The notes beneath the pieces were generated by a model, which ran no database searches, had not been told where the DNA came from, and was given only the letters and a program-made list of their open reading frames with translations. A DNA stretch of 64,000 bases from Anaerovoracaceae bacterium (lineage in GTDB: Bacteria; Bacillota; Clostridia; Peptostreptococcales; Anaerovoracaceae): contig JAVBLY010000008.1 of NCBI GenBank assembly GCA_031553035.1, positions 134,858 through 198,857 on the forward strand, given 5' to 3'. Positions 37,537-48,920 of this stretch are shown one piece after another (positions within the stretch are counted from its first letter, which is position 1; the number at the start of each line of letters is the position of its first letter). Made by a program: the position numbers and the translations under genes.

Positions 37537-38503
37537 CAAGGAAATAAACAGCCTGTCACAGATAGGGGAAGTTTTAAAAGAGTCAAATTCAATATTGATT
37601 TTTCCTCACGGTTCGGTTGACGGCGATGCACTTGGATCGTCGGTGGCTTTATGCCTTGGCCTAAGGTCAATGGGGAAAACTTCATATGTGATTATGGATG
37701 AAGACATCCTCGAAAATATCCGCTTCATAGAAAATGAATGCTGTTCCTGGGATTTAGATATTGTGCCGGATCCTGATGTTTGCATCTTAATGGATAACGG
37801 GGAGCTTTCCCGAATTTTCGATCGGCAGGGGCTCTTTAGTACAGGGAAGAAGAAAATTCTCATAGATCACCACAAATCCAGTGAGCCTTTTCTGGATCTC
37901 AACTATATCGATGTAGAAGCAGCAGCATCAACAGAAATCGTATTCGACCTGCTTTTGCTGATGGGAACCAAACTGAATCCTGCCATTGCAGAAGCAATCT
38001 ATGTAGGGATTGTAACTGATACCGGAAGGTTCCAGTATTCAAACACGACAAAGAGATCCCATGAAATAGTTGCGCAGCTCATGGATCACGATATTGATCA
38101 GAATAAGGTGTCAGTTGAGATATATCAAAGCATCAGCCATGCTAAGATAAGACTTGAATCAAGTATTTTCAGTACATTAGATATAGAATGCGGCGGAAAG
38201 GTCGCAGTTGCATATATGACAAAGAAGATGCTGAAGGAAGTCGGTGCGAAAGATGAAGAAACTGAAGGAGTCGTTGAAATTCTAAGGAATCTTAGGGGCG
38301 TTGAAGTTGCAGTATTTGCAAAGGAAAGTGACAAGGAAGGCGTCAAGGTAAGCATGCGTTCCAAATTTGACTTTGATGTGGCCCAGATAGCACAGGCACT
38401 GGGCGGAGGCGGTCACAAAAAAGCGGCCGGGTTCAGCATGAATGGCAACATCGAAAATGTTGTTTCGGGAGTCATAAGCGCTATCGAAGAGAAGATGGGA
38501 TAG
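37529..38503 (+). CDS. nrnA: DHH/DHHA1 phosphoesterase (NrnA-like oligoribonuclease/pAp phosphatase)
   Basis: HGSVDGDALGS, IDHHKS, and GGGHKKAAGF. Confidence 0.8.
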   Translation: MNNKEINSLSQIGEVLKESNSILIFPHGSVDGDALGSSVALCLGLRSMGKTSYVIMDEDILENIRFIENECCSWDLDIVPDPDVCILMDNGELSRIFDRQGLFSTGKKKILIDHHKSSEPFLDLNYIDVEAAASTEIVFDLLLLMGTKLNPAIAEAIYVGIVTDTGRFQYSNTTKRSHEIVAQLMDHDIDQNKVSVEIYQSISHAKIRLESSIFSTLDIECGGKVAVAYMTKKMLKEVGAKDEETEGVVEILRNLRGVEVAVFAKESDKEGVKVSMRSKFDFDVAQIAQALGGGGHKKAAGFSMNGNIENVVSGVISAIEEKMG

Positions 38504-39400
38504 ATGGACGGGATAATAAATTTTCTCAAACCGGCGGGAATGACATCTCATGATGCAGTCAGTTTCTTTAGAAGGCTGACAGGCATCAGGAAAGTAGGCC
38601 ATACAGGGACATTGGATCCTATGGCGGCAGGAGTACTTCCCATTTGCATTGGAAAGGCCACCAGACTGATCGAATATCTGGAAGGGGACAAATCATACAG
38701 GGCTATAATGAGATTAGGTGTGAAAAGCGAGACAGGTGATATCTGGGGAAATGAACTTGAAACAGTAGAAGTCCCAAAAATTTTGGAACTTGAGGGCATA
38801 AATGAATGCCTGAAAAGTTTTGAAGGCCGGATAACGCAACGAGTGCCTGGATTTTCGGCTCAGAAGCACGATGGAAGAAAATTATATGAGTATGCAAGAG
38901 CGGGAGAAGAAATACCGGTAAAAGAAAAAAAAGTTGACATTAAAAATGTTACAGTAATTGCATTCGATGATAAAAAAAAAGAAGTGGCATTTGATATATT
39001 TTGTTCAAAAGGGACATATGTAAGAACCATCTGCACTGATGCAGGAGAAAAGCTGGGAACCGGCGGTGTAATGAACTTTCTTCTAAGGACAACGGCAGGA
39101 GGATTGGATGTAAAGGATTCGGTCACTGCCGAAGAACTGAAAAGCGAAATCGATAGCGCAGGAAATATAAACAAGTATCTTCGGGATCCAGGAGATCTGC
39201 TTAAAAATATGAACCGGATCGTTCTAAGCAAAGCAGATGCCAGACTGTTTGTAAATGGCATAGTCTTGGATAAAAGGACCGATGACGAAACATATTATGC
39301 AGTATTCACCGCATCAGAGAATAAGGGCGGAAAACTTATCGGCATAGGACGTGGGAGAAATAAAAAGCTAAAACCACATAAAGTGATTATCTCGGAGTGA
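38504..39400 (+). CDS. truB: tRNA pseudouridine(55) synthase
   Basis: GIINFLKPAGMTSHD, and GHTGTLDPMAAGVLPI with the catalytic Asp. Confidence 0.95.
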   Translation: MDGIINFLKPAGMTSHDAVSFFRRLTGIRKVGHTGTLDPMAAGVLPICIGKATRLIEYLEGDKSYRAIMRLGVKSETGDIWGNELETVEVPKILELEGINECLKSFEGRITQRVPGFSAQKHDGRKLYEYARAGEEIPVKEKKVDIKNVTVIAFDDKKKEVAFDIFCSKGTYVRTICTDAGEKLGTGGVMNFLLRTTAGGLDVKDSVTAEELKSEIDSAGNINKYLRDPGDLLKNMNRIVLSKADARLFVNGIVLDKRTDDETYYAVFTASENKGGKLIGIGRGRNKKLKPHKVIISE

Positions 39401-39403
39401 CAT

Positions 39404-40336
39404 ATGAAAGTATTCAGCAATATAAAAGAAATAAAAAATATAGATGGCACAGTTATAGCTCTGGGCAATTTCGATGGTGTCCATAAAGGACATATTGAGC
39501 TTATCAAAAGAACTGTTGAAGACGCTATAGATACAGATCTGAAAAGCGCAGTTTTCACTTTTTCCAATCATCCCAGGAATTTCCTGGCGGGTAAGAATGT
39601 CATAAAAAATATCATAGCCTCAGAAGATAAAATGGCAATCATTGAGAGTCTGGGAGTAGACTATATTTTCAATATTCCATTCGATGAAAATATTCATGTC
39701 ATGAAACCTGTAGATTTTATCGATGATCTGGTGCTTGAAAAAATGAACAGCAAGGTAATTTACTGCGGTTTCAACTACCATTACGGAAAGGATGCCGGAG
39801 GAAGTACTGAAACACTCATACAGACAGCAGAGGCTGAAGGATTTGAGGTAAATGTGCTTGAGCCTTTTATTATCAATGACAATCTTGTGAGCAGCACACT
39901 TATCAGATCGCTCATAGCAGAGGGCAAGGTCAGAGAATGTACGGATTATCTGGGCAGGCATTATTTTACCAGAGGCACAGTACAGGTCGGTAATCAGATT
40001 GGAAGAACCATTGGATTTCCAACATCTAATATCACTATCGATGACAGCATGGTTTGGCCGTCACACGGTGTTTACATAACCAACTGTTATTACGAGGACA
40101 CAAGGTATCATGCCGTGACCAATGTAGGCATAAGGCCGACCATAGGGGACAACCGAAAAGTGGTAGAAACCCATATGTTCGATTTTGACCAAACCATATA
40201 TGAAAAACAGATCAAAGTAGAATTTCTTGAAAAGATCAGGGATGAACGTAAATTCAAAAGTAAAGAAGAATTAAAAGAACGAATCGGACTGGATAAAAAG
40301 ATTGCCGAGGATTATCACAGGAAACACAATGAGTAG
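39404..40336 (+). CDS. ribF: bifunctional riboflavin kinase / FAD synthetase
   Basis: ALGNFDGVHKGH, and GFPTSNI...HGVY...TNVGIRPT. Confidence 0.95.
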   Translation: MKVFSNIKEIKNIDGTVIALGNFDGVHKGHIELIKRTVEDAIDTDLKSAVFTFSNHPRNFLAGKNVIKNIIASEDKMAIIESLGVDYIFNIPFDENIHVMKPVDFIDDLVLEKMNSKVIYCGFNYHYGKDAGGSTETLIQTAEAEGFEVNVLEPFIINDNLVSSTLIRSLIAEGKVRECTDYLGRHYFTRGTVQVGNQIGRTIGFPTSNITIDDSMVWPSHGVYITNCYYEDTRYHAVTNVGIRPTIGDNRKVVETHMFDFDQTIYEKQIKVEFLEKIRDERKFKSKEELKERIGLDKKIAEDYHRKHNE

Positions 40337-41366
40337 TATTTACGGAAAAAATATCAGCCTTTCTCTCTTCGGGGAATCACACGGCACTGCTGTGGGAGCA
40401 GTACTGGACGGATTTCCCGCCGAGTATCAGGTTGACCGGAAAAAGATAGACGAAGACCTTATGCGTCGTTCTGCTGCAAGCAAATACGGAAGCGGCAGAA
40501 ATGAGCCTGATGCTTTGTATGTGCTCTCCGGCATAAAAGACGATGTGACAGTAGGTTCGCCTATAACATTCATATTCGAAAACAAAGATGTCATAACCGA
40601 AGATTATGATGATATGAGAAATATTTTAAGACCGGGACACAGTGATCGTTCATCACAGGTCAGATATGGTGACAAGATGAGCGGAGGCGGCCATCTTTCT
40701 GGAAGACTGACTACGCCCATTACCGCAGCAGGATCACTTTGCAGACAATATCTGGAATCGGAATTTAAACTGAAATTCATTACTAAAGTCATAGAATTCG
40801 GAGGGGAAAAACTGAAAAAACCAATTGATCCTACTCTGGAAGACAGTGCAGAGATAAATCTGCTTTATGAGAAAGCTAAGCTTGCCGAAGACTCCTACGG
40901 CGCCATATTAAAAACTATTATTACCGGTTTACCGGAAGGTTTGGGAAGTCCCATATTCGGAAATGTCGAGAGCAAAATCTCTGAAATACTGTTCGGGATC
41001 CCGGGACTCAAAGGAATATCATTCGGGTTAGGTTTCGATATTGCGGGGCTTAAAGGATCCGAAGCCAATGACCCTTTTTATGTGGATAAAAAATACAGGA
41101 TCAGGACTAAAAGCAATAATGCCGGCGGGATCCTGGGCGGGATAACGACCGGAATGCCGCTAGTAATAAATCTTGCATTCAAGCCCACTCCGACTATCGG
41201 AACTGAGCAGGTGACCGTAGATGTATCGGAAATGGAAGAAGTGAGAATGAAGGGAAGCGGAAGACACGATGTCAGCTATGCTCTCAGGGTTTCTCCTGTA
41301 ATAGAATCTGCTGTTTCCATAGCAATTCTTGATATGTTCATGGAGCGAGACGGATACTCCAAATAA
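40329..41366 (+). CDS. aroC: chorismate synthase
   Basis: FGESHGTAVGAVLDGFP, RPGHSD, and GRHD near the C-terminus. Start overlaps the ribF stop. Confidence 0.85.
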   Translation: MSSIYGKNISLSLFGESHGTAVGAVLDGFPAEYQVDRKKIDEDLMRRSAASKYGSGRNEPDALYVLSGIKDDVTVGSPITFIFENKDVITEDYDDMRNILRPGHSDRSSQVRYGDKMSGGGHLSGRLTTPITAAGSLCRQYLESEFKLKFITKVIEFGGEKLKKPIDPTLEDSAEINLLYEKAKLAEDSYGAILKTIITGLPEGLGSPIFGNVESKISEILFGIPGLKGISFGLGFDIAGLKGSEANDPFYVDKKYRIRTKSNNAGGILGGITTGMPLVINLAFKPTPTIGTEQVTVDVSEMEEVRMKGSGRHDVSYALRVSPVIESAVSIAILDMFMERDGYSK

Positions 41367-41406
41367 ATAGACAACTTTTCATAATTAGATCTGATAAAAA
41401 ATTAAA

Positions 41407-41445
41407 ATGCCTCCGAACTGTATGATAACCACAGACCGGAGGCAT
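41407..41445. terminator. hairpin between convergent aroC and the amidohydrolase gene
   Basis: ATGCCTCCG ... CGGAGGCAT outer stem with T/A-rich flanks on both sides. Confidence 0.55.
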
Positions 41446-41465
41446 AATTATTTTGCGGTAATAAT

Positions 41466-43190
41466 TTATTTTTCTTCGGATTCTCCTTCAAACAAGGTCT
41501 TTCCTTTAAATACTGTCTTTAGAAGCGGGGTGGCTGCGATATCGAAAGGATCGATTTCCATTATATTTTGTCCAAGAACTATATAGTCAGCCGACAAACC
41601 TTCTGCAATACTTCCAAATGTGTCCTCACCAAAATATGCGTAAGCTCCGTTATATGTTGCGGTCTTCATCATCTGAAGGACATCTACTCTCTGGTCAGGT
41701 CCCAGTAAAGTAGATTTGTCGCCCGTTCTTCCGTCACACCTTGTAACACCTGTCTGGATAGCTTCAAGCGGTTTTGTCACTACTGTTACAGGATAGTCAC
41801 TTGCATTGGTGGTTATGACGCCGGAGTCAAAGAAAGACTTCATTGGATATTCGCTGTTTGCTCTTTCTTCTCCAAGGTAAGGTACTTCCACCTCATTGAA
41901 ATATCCGGCTTCCTTGAAGAACCAGTATGGATTGGCTGCTGCTACCACTTTGAGCTCTCCCATGCGCTTGATGTCGTCTTTTGACGCCAGCTGAAGATGG
42001 GTGATGGCATGTCTCATGGTTGATTCGCCGTTTTCTTTGTTTGCGTAGTCATAAGCATCTACCATCATTCTCACTGCGGCATCTCCTATGGCATGTGCGT
42101 GGAGCTGGATGCCCATTTTATCGGCTTTTGCGGCGAATTTATTGAGATGGTCCTGATCCCATAAGGGCTCGCCTCTGTCGCCGGACTCATCGGCATAATC
42201 TTCGAGTAAATATGCAGTATGTCCTTCGACCACTCCATCCATGAAGAGCTTTATTGAAGTGACCTGGAAGTCTCCGCCTTCGGACTCATCCTTTAATGTC
42301 TGGACTTTATCCAGTTCATCCATATAGCCGTCCACATCTTCGACCTGATATCCGCCGAAGACCCTGACAACAAGTTTGCCTTCATCATCCAGCTGGTTAT
42401 ATGCATCAAGCAGATTTGTCCCTCCGCCTATATTGATCATAGGTTCAAAATACGCCGTGATACCAAAGTCTTTGATTTCGTTCTGATATGCCAGTATTCC
42501 TTCCTTGAATTCATCCACGGAATATTCGGGTATTACTTTTGTAACTAGTTCCTGTGCATTTTCTCTGAAACAGCCTGTCGGATTGCCTTCTGAATCTCTG
42601 ACTATTACGCCTCCGGGTATATCCTTGGTGTTTTTGTCGACTCCCATCAATTCCATGGCCTTCGTGTTGACCCAGTATGAATGGTGATCGGCAGAAACGA
42701 ATGCCATTGGTATTTCGTCGTTTACTTCATCCAGCATTGCTGCCGTCGGGGCATTGTCGGGGAAAAATCCGTTGACCCAGCCTGCACCTTTTATAAATTC
42801 ACGGTCCGGGTGATCTTCTATGAATTGTTTGATAGTTGCCTGATATTTGGCGACAGTATCATCTTCATATAGGTTTACCTCAAAAAGACCGGCTACGCCT
42901 CCTTCATGTCCGTGAGCGTGACTTTCCATGAAGCTGGGCATTACCATGCCGTCACCTGTTTCAATGATTTCCGTGTCTTCTCCCAGATATTCATCAAGTC
43001 CGGTTTCATCTCCCACATAAACGAATTTGCCGTCTTTTATGGCTGCAGCTTCAGCCACTGTATCATTTTCATCAGCTGTGTAGATGGTGCCTTTGATTAC
43101 TGTATCCGCTCCGCTGCTGTCACTTCCGCAGCCTGCAAACACTGACATGATCATTATCAATGCCAAAATGAGAATTGCTTTCTTTTTCAT
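41466..43190 (-). CDS. amidohydrolase-family (amidohydrolase_3-like) metal hydrolase, lipoprotein
   Basis: MKKKAILILALIMIMSVFAGC lipobox. Metal ligands SHAHGH and HAHAIGD. GGAGG RBS before the ATG at 43190. Confidence 0.8.
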   Translation of the reverse strand: MKKKAILILALIMIMSVFAGCGSDSSGADTVIKGTIYTADENDTVAEAAAIKDGKFVYVGDETGLDEYLGEDTEIIETGDGMVMPSFMESHAHGHEGGVAGLFEVNLYEDDTVAKYQATIKQFIEDHPDREFIKGAGWVNGFFPDNAPTAAMLDEVNDEIPMAFVSADHHSYWVNTKAMELMGVDKNTKDIPGGVIVRDSEGNPTGCFRENAQELVTKVIPEYSVDEFKEGILAYQNEIKDFGITAYFEPMINIGGGTNLLDAYNQLDDEGKLVVRVFGGYQVEDVDGYMDELDKVQTLKDESEGGDFQVTSIKLFMDGVVEGHTAYLLEDYADESGDRGEPLWDQDHLNKFAAKADKMGIQLHAHAIGDAAVRMMVDAYDYANKENGESTMRHAITHLQLASKDDIKRMGELKVVAAANPYWFFKEAGYFNEVEVPYLGEERANSEYPMKSFFDSGVITTNASDYPVTVVTKPLEAIQTGVTRCDGRTGDKSTLLGPDQRVDVLQMMKTATYNGAYAYFGEDTFGSIAEGLSADYIVLGQNIMEIDPFDIAATPLLKTVFKGKTLFEGESEEK

Positions 43191-43311
43191 ATTCCGCCTC
43201 CTTGGTTTACAAAATAATAAAAAGATCTCCGTTGGCTTTAAAGTAGCATAAAAAAAAGCATCAAAATACCTCATTTTTTGACGTCTCTTACTGTTGATTT
43301 TGACATTTATT

Positions 43312-44439
43312 CTATTCTGTGTCTATTTTAATTTTATATACCCTGTCATTGTCTTTGATTACCAACTCAAAGACCTTCTCCGTTTTGCTTATCTTGATAT
43401 CCTCTAGCTCATCAAGCTTCTGGTTTTCGATAAATCTCATCAAATAATCTATGTTTTCAAGCAGCATTTCTTTAGTATCGATAGAGAATTTGCCTTTTAT
43501 GTCTATACCCAGATCATCCAGTATCTCTTTCAGCTTTCTTTTGGATAGTTCAGGAATGATGTACTTGATTTCGGTCTGAGGGTAGGAAAGGGGCTTGTAT
43601 TTTTTTCGGTATGCAGATGGAGTCATGCCATAATATTCTTTGAATTGTCTGTTGAAATAATCATATGAAGAGAATCCCAGATCTTCATATATTTCCTGGA
43701 TCGGGTAATCTGTGCCCAAAAGATAAACTTCCGCCCGGTCAACTCTTATGATGCTGATGGAATCCTGAAAAGATTCGCCGGCGCCGTCCTTTATGATACG
43801 TGAAGCGTAAGACTGATCTATATGCTCGTTATTTGCAAACTCACTCAGTCTCAGTTTATTGATATAGTTAAAGTACATGTATTCGAAAAGATTGCTGATC
43901 CGTTCATTTTTTGCACCTGTTTGAGAAATAGGATTGAGTTTTTTTTCTGCGGAGTTATACCTTTGAAGTACGAAGTATGTATCGGCTATATTTGAAATAA
44001 AATCGATCTCGGCACCGGGATCTTCTTTGTCCATGCTTTTAAGATATGTTCCTATCATCAGGGTTTTCATTTCGTCTATGATTTCTTTGTCAAAGCTGGA
44101 ATAATAATAAGGATCAAAAATAAATATGCTGTTTGAAAATATTTGATTATCTATGTGCAGAGCCATCATCAGAGTGTCATCGGAATGAGGATAAAGGCTG
44201 TGCATTTCGAAAGGATTGATAAGTAAAAAATCGCCGGCATTCAGTGTGAACTCATGAAAACTTATCTTGATATCGATAGAGCCCTTTAATATCAACAAGA
44301 ATTCTACCGTATCATGATAATGTCTGGGTATCTCCCGGATAATAATGGGGAATACCTTATACTTCTGTCCGTTTGGTTTATCGATACGTCGCAGAAGAGG
44401 AAGATTCATATAAAAATTTTCATTGGATTCCTTTGTCAT
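43312..44439 (-). CDS. AraC-family transcriptional regulator (cupin plus HTH plus extra C-terminal domain)
   Basis: N-terminal cupin-like HYHDTVEFLLILKGS. AraC HTH DLGFSSYDYFNRQFKEYYGMTPSAYRK. An additional ~95-aa tail. Confidence 0.8.
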   Translation of the reverse strand: MTKESNENFYMNLPLLRRIDKPNGQKYKVFPIIIREIPRHYHDTVEFLLILKGSIDIKISFHEFTLNAGDFLLINPFEMHSLYPHSDDTLMMALHIDNQIFSNSIFIFDPYYYSSFDKEIIDEMKTLMIGTYLKSMDKEDPGAEIDFISNIADTYFVLQRYNSAEKKLNPISQTGAKNERISNLFEYMYFNYINKLRLSEFANNEHIDQSYASRIIKDGAGESFQDSISIIRVDRAEVYLLGTDYPIQEIYEDLGFSSYDYFNRQFKEYYGMTPSAYRKKYKPLSYPQTEIKYIIPELSKRKLKEILDDLGIDIKGKFSIDTKEMLLENIDYLMRFIENQKLDELEDIKISKTEKVFELVIKDNDRVYKIKIDTE

Positions 44440-44628
44440 ATTGTTTTCACTCCCTATTTACGATTTTATCATATTTATCTTGAATTTCACATCATAAAAA
44501 CCTTAATATATAGACAATTACAGGCTTTTATGGTACTATTAGTGAGTTAATATTTTACCGTAGCTGGGTCATTCGACATCTCCGACGAGGACGTGGCTCC
44601 GGTGCATTAAAAAAAGGAGAGAATAATT

Positions 44629-44895
44629 ATGATTGATCAAACAAAAAAGGCGGAAATTATCGCTGAGTACAAGACCAAAGAAGGTGACACAGGTTCCCCG
44701 GAAGTACAGGTTGCAATTCTTACATACAAGATCAACGACCTGAACGAACATCTGGGAGTACACAAGAAAGACCACCATTCAAGAAGAGGGCTTCTTAAGA
44801 TGGTCGGACAGAGAAGAAACCTGCTCAATTACCTGAAGGACAAGGATATCGAAAGATACAGAGCTTTGGTATCCCGTCTGGGGCTCAGAAAATAA
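44629..44895 (+). CDS. rpsO: 30S ribosomal protein S15
   Basis: [36 protein letters not shown]. Confidence 0.95.
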   Translation: MIDQTKKAEIIAEYKTKEGDTGSPEVQVAILTYKINDLNEHLGVHKKDHHSRRGLLKMVGQRRNLLNYLKDKDIERYRALVSRLGLRK

Positions 44896-44904
44896 GATAA
44901 CATC

Positions 44905-44934
44905 AAGCGGGGAAATATCCTCGCTTTTGTTTTA
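44905..44934 (+). terminator. intrinsic terminator after rpsO
   Basis: AAGCGGGG aaatat CCTCGCTT followed by TTGTTTT. Confidence 0.6.
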
Positions 44935-45027
44935 TATGCAGGACGGACATGTACAAAGATGAGCCGCCCATTCAATGAAAAGGCTGTGCAGGATATAGTT
45001 GCATAGCAAAGGAGGAAGAAAAGTATA

Positions 45028-47112
45028 ATGAAATTCGAAGATTACAAAACATTCAGAACCGCAGTAGGCGGAAGACTGATGGAGATGGAGATCGGCAAGG
45101 TTTGTGAATTTGCAAACGGACAGGTGACCGTGAGATACGGAGATACTGTGATCAACGTTACAGCAGTCGCATCCAAGTCTCCAAGAGACAACATCGACTT
45201 TTTCCCGCTGAGCGTGGATTATGAAGAAAAGATGTATGCTGCCGGCAAGATCCCCGGCGGTTTCATAAAAAGAGAAGCAAGACCTTCAGAAAAAGCCATA
45301 CTTAATTCAAGACTTATAGACAGACCATTAAGGCCGCTTTTCCCCAAGGGATTCTACAATGATGTTCAGATAGTTGCAATGGTTATGTGCGTCGACCCTG
45401 ATTGTCCGCCTGAGATCGCGGCCATGATCGGTTCTTCTGTGGCTCTTTCAATATCGGACATTCCGTTTGAAGGACCTACCGGTTCTGTACTCATAGGCAT
45501 GATCGACGACAAATTCATAGTGAATCCAACAAAGGAAGAAAGAGATGAAAGCATACTTCATCTTACCGTTTCCGGAACCAGAGACGCCATAATGATGGTT
45601 GAAGCCGGAGCGGAAGAGATTTCCGAAGATCTGATGCTGGATGCGATCATGTTTGCACACGAAGAGATCAAGAAGATAATCGATTTCATAGACGAGATCG
45701 TTGCCGAAGTTGGAAAAGAAAAAACTGAATTCGAGCTTTACAAAGTCCCCGAAGAGATCGAGGAAGCAGTAAGAGAATTTGCTACAGACAAAATGAAGGA
45801 AGCCATCAAGACAGTGGAAAAACAGGAACGTCTTGATAACATGAACACAGTAGAGGCTGACACCAAAGTCCATTTTGCAGACCTCTGGCCGGAAAATCCA
45901 AAGGATGTGGATGCAGTTCTTTACGACATCAAGAAAGAAGAAGTCAGAAGCATGATCGTCGATGAAGGTATAAGGCCGGACAACAGAAAAACCGATGAAG
46001 TCAGACCTATTTGGACAGAAACAGGCTTTTTGCCGAGAGCTCACGGAACAGGATTATTCAAGAGAGGACAAACTCAGGTCCTTTCCATAACCACACTGGC
46101 ACCTCTGGGAGAATCTCAGAGAATAGACGGTATAGGTGACGAAGAAGGTAAACGTTATATGCATCACTATAATTTCCCGCCTTATTCAGTAGGCGAGACA
46201 AAGCCGTTAAGAGGTCCCGGAAGACGAGAGATCGGACACGGCGCCCTGGCTGAAAGAGCGTTAATACCGGTTCTTCCGGATGAAGAAGATTTCCCTTACG
46301 CCATAAGAGTGGTATCTGAAGTCCTTTCATCAAACGGAAGTACTTCTATGGGCTCCACATGCGGAAGTTCAATATCTCTTATGGATGCAGGCGTACCTAT
46401 CAAAGCACCTGTTTCAGGGATCGCAATGGGACTGATCAAGCATAACGACAAGATCGCTATCCTTTCCGATATTCAGGGAATGGAAGACTTCCTTGGCGAC
46501 ATGGACTTCAAGGTAGCAGGAACAAAAGACGGGATCACCGCTATCCAGATGGATATAAAGATCCATGGACTTTCCAAAGAAATCCTTCAGGACGCGCTTA
46601 AGCAGGCACATGAAGGCAGAATGCACATAATGAGTGAGATGACGGAAGAGATCAGCGAACCGAGAGCTGAGATGTCCCCGTATGCTCCAAGGATAATTGC
46701 TCTTCAGATCGATGTTGATGATATCAGAACCGTAATAGGACCGGGCGGTAAGACCATCAACAGGATCATAGATGAAACCGGCGTCAAGATAGATATAGAT
46801 GATTCAGGTCTCATATATATTGCGGCACCTGATATGGACAGCGCAGAAAAAGGCGTTGATGCTATCGAGACTTTACTCAAGGATGTTGAAGTCGGAGAGA
46901 TCTACGAAGGGAAGGTAACCAGACTTATGAACTTCGGAGCATTCATAGAAGTGCTGCCGGGCAAAGAAGGACTTCTCCATATTTCCAAGATGGACAACAA
47001 GAGAGTAGAAAAGGTCGAAGATGTAATGAATGTCGGCGATACAGTGCAGGTTAAGGTTACAGAGATCGACAATCAGGGAAGAATCAATCTTTCCAGAAAA
47101 GAATTACTGTAA
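45028..47112 (+). CDS. pnp: polyribonucleotide nucleotidyltransferase (PNPase)
   Basis: Two RNase PH domains, a KH domain ([10 protein letters not shown]), and an S1 domain ([26 protein letters not shown]). Confidence 0.95.
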   Translation: MKFEDYKTFRTAVGGRLMEMEIGKVCEFANGQVTVRYGDTVINVTAVASKSPRDNIDFFPLSVDYEEKMYAAGKIPGGFIKREARPSEKAILNSRLIDRPLRPLFPKGFYNDVQIVAMVMCVDPDCPPEIAAMIGSSVALSISDIPFEGPTGSVLIGMIDDKFIVNPTKEERDESILHLTVSGTRDAIMMVEAGAEEISEDLMLDAIMFAHEEIKKIIDFIDEIVAEVGKEKTEFELYKVPEEIEEAVREFATDKMKEAIKTVEKQERLDNMNTVEADTKVHFADLWPENPKDVDAVLYDIKKEEVRSMIVDEGIRPDNRKTDEVRPIWTETGFLPRAHGTGLFKRGQTQVLSITTLAPLGESQRIDGIGDEEGKRYMHHYNFPPYSVGETKPLRGPGRREIGHGALAERALIPVLPDEEDFPYAIRVVSEVLSSNGSTSMGSTCGSSISLMDAGVPIKAPVSGIAMGLIKHNDKIAILSDIQGMEDFLGDMDFKVAGTKDGITAIQMDIKIHGLSKEILQDALKQAHEGRMHIMSEMTEEISEPRAEMSPYAPRIIALQIDVDDIRTVIGPGGKTINRIIDETGVKIDIDDSGLIYIAAPDMDSAEKGVDAIETLLKDVEVGEIYEGKVTRLMNFGAFIEVLPGKEGLLHISKMDNKRVEKVEDVMNVGDTVQVKVTEIDNQGRINLSRKELL

Positions 47113-47124
47113 TAAATTAATCAG

Positions 47125-47168
47125 TTCCCCTTTGACCTGTATTAACTGGACAAAGGGGAATTTTTCTT
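47125..47168 (+). terminator. intrinsic terminator after pnp
   Basis: TTCCCCTTTG ... CAAAGGGGAA followed by TTTTTCTTT. Confidence 0.8.
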
Positions 47169-47226
47169 TGTATAATGCACTTATACAAAACACATATCCG
47201 GCATAATGAAGGGAATCGGAAAACAA

Positions 47227-48486
47227 ATGATAAGCGAAAAAAAACTGAGCAACGGCATTACCGTTATCATGGAAAAAATCGACTATGTTCAGTCGGTGGC
47301 CGTGGGAATTTTTTTCAGAGCGGGAGCTGTTGACGAAACGTCGGAAAAATCCGGCATATCCCATTTTATCGAACATATGATGTTTAAAGGAACGGAAAAA
47401 AGGTCAGCAAAAGAAATCGCAGAAGATGTGGATATCATAGGCGGCAATATTAATGCATTTACCGGCAAGGAGAACACTTGCTATTACATAAAGACCATAA
47501 CAGAAAACATGGAGGCCGGTATCGAAATACTGGCAGATATGATAAATAATTCAGTGTTTGACGGTTCAGAAATGGAAAAAGAAAAAAATGTTGTTCTGGA
47601 AGAAATGAAAATGATCGAAGACACACCGGATGAACTCTCTATAGATATCCTGGGAGAGACCGTTCTCAAAAATGTGAGGACAGGCAAAAGCATTATCGGG
47701 ACAAAGGAATCGGTGAAATCTATAAAAAGGGACGATATCATAAATTGTATCGACGAATATTATTCTGCCGGAAATATGGTGATATCCATATCAGGGAATA
47801 TGGATATATTTAAGACGGTATCGATCCTTGAGAAGTATTTTTCCGGGATAAAGGAGGGCGTAACTACACGTCCAAAAGAGAACTATATTCACGTGCCTGA
47901 TTATGTCTATAAACACAGAGAAATAGAGCAAACTCACATCGCTCTCGGCAATAAGGGATATGCATATGAAGATAAGGACCACTATGCCATGATCCTTTAC
48001 AGCAATATACTGGGCGGCTCCATGAGTTCCAGACTTTTTCAGAAGGTCAGAGAAGAAAAAGGGCTTGCCTACACAGTTCAGGCTTTTTCTTCCTCATATG
48101 TAGACAACGGGTATTTTACCGTTTATGCCGCAGTGGGACATGACAAGACAGAAGAAGCTATTGAAGCTATCAGAGAAGAGCTTATCAGGTTTAAGAATGA
48201 CGGAGTCGGTGAAAACGAGCTGAAAATGACAAAGGAGCAGATCAAGGGCAACTTTATATTCGGACAGGAAAGCGTCAATAAGAGGATGTTTACAGCCGGC
48301 AGAAATAAGTTGCTTTTAGACAAGTTCATAAGCGATCAGGAGGTCATCAGCAAGGTAGAGAATGTCACAGAAGATGATATAATGAGAATGGCGGAAGAGC
48401 TTGGCAGGCTTGAAGAATACACAGCTGTTATCTTGAGCGGCGAAGATTTCAACCCTGAGGATCTTATGAAGGGAAAAATATCCTAA
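47227..48486 (+). CDS. M16-family (pitrilysin/insulinase-like) zinc peptidase
   Basis: HFIEHMMFKGT (HxxEH) and the downstream E of EEMKM. An alternative ATG lies at 47206. Confidence 0.85.
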   Translation: MISEKKLSNGITVIMEKIDYVQSVAVGIFFRAGAVDETSEKSGISHFIEHMMFKGTEKRSAKEIAEDVDIIGGNINAFTGKENTCYYIKTITENMEAGIEILADMINNSVFDGSEMEKEKNVVLEEMKMIEDTPDELSIDILGETVLKNVRTGKSIIGTKESVKSIKRDDIINCIDEYYSAGNMVISISGNMDIFKTVSILEKYFSGIKEGVTTRPKENYIHVPDYVYKHREIEQTHIALGNKGYAYEDKDHYAMILYSNILGGSMSSRLFQKVREEKGLAYTVQAFSSSYVDNGYFTVYAAVGHDKTEEAIEAIREELIRFKNDGVGENELKMTKEQIKGNFIFGQESVNKRMFTAGRNKLLLDKFISDQEVISKVENVTEDDIMRMAEELGRLEEYTAVILSGEDFNPEDLMKGKIS

Positions 48487-48915
48487 ATGAAGGTTAAGAT
48501 AAAGAGCCAAAGCGGAGAAATTCCAAAATACAAAACCGCCGGTTCAGCGGGCATGGATCTGAAGGCATATATCGAAAACGATATTACTCTTTCTCCGGGC
48601 CAGCGTGATTTGATACCTACGGGGATTTTTATCGAACTACCAACGGGATACGAAGCTCAGATCAGGGCAAGAAGCGGTTTGGCAGTAAAAAACGGCATAT
48701 CGCTTGTCAACGGCATAGGAACAATAGACAGCGATTACCGGGGTGAGATAAAAATATCGATGATAAATCTGGGCAGTGAACCGTTCGTTATTGAGAATGG
48801 TGCCCGAATCGCCCAGATGGTCATTGCAAAATATGAAACCGTTGAATGGGATGCGGTGGATGAACTTGATGAGACTGATAGAGGACACGGAGGCTTCGGC
48901 CACACAGGGGTATAG
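48487..48915 (+). CDS. dut: dUTP diphosphatase
   Basis: [22 protein letters not shown], and the C-terminal [10 protein letters not shown]. Confidence 0.9.
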   Translation: MKVKIKSQSGEIPKYKTAGSAGMDLKAYIENDITLSPGQRDLIPTGIFIELPTGYEAQIRARSGLAVKNGISLVNGIGTIDSDYRGEIKISMINLGSEPFVIENGARIAQMVIAKYETVEWDAVDELDETDRGHGGFGHTGV

Positions 48916-48920
48916 GGGAT

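Noticed and set aside
44550-44628. Possible S15 (rpsO) autoregulatory leader structure
   Set aside because: I could not fold a convincing pseudoknot or three-way junction by eye, and there is no evidence beyond position.
45448-46044. 198-aa minus-strand ORF (with similar ones at 36698..37231 and 29997..30527)
   Set aside because: All are antisense to pnp, infB and rseP respectively. They are typical shadow frames.
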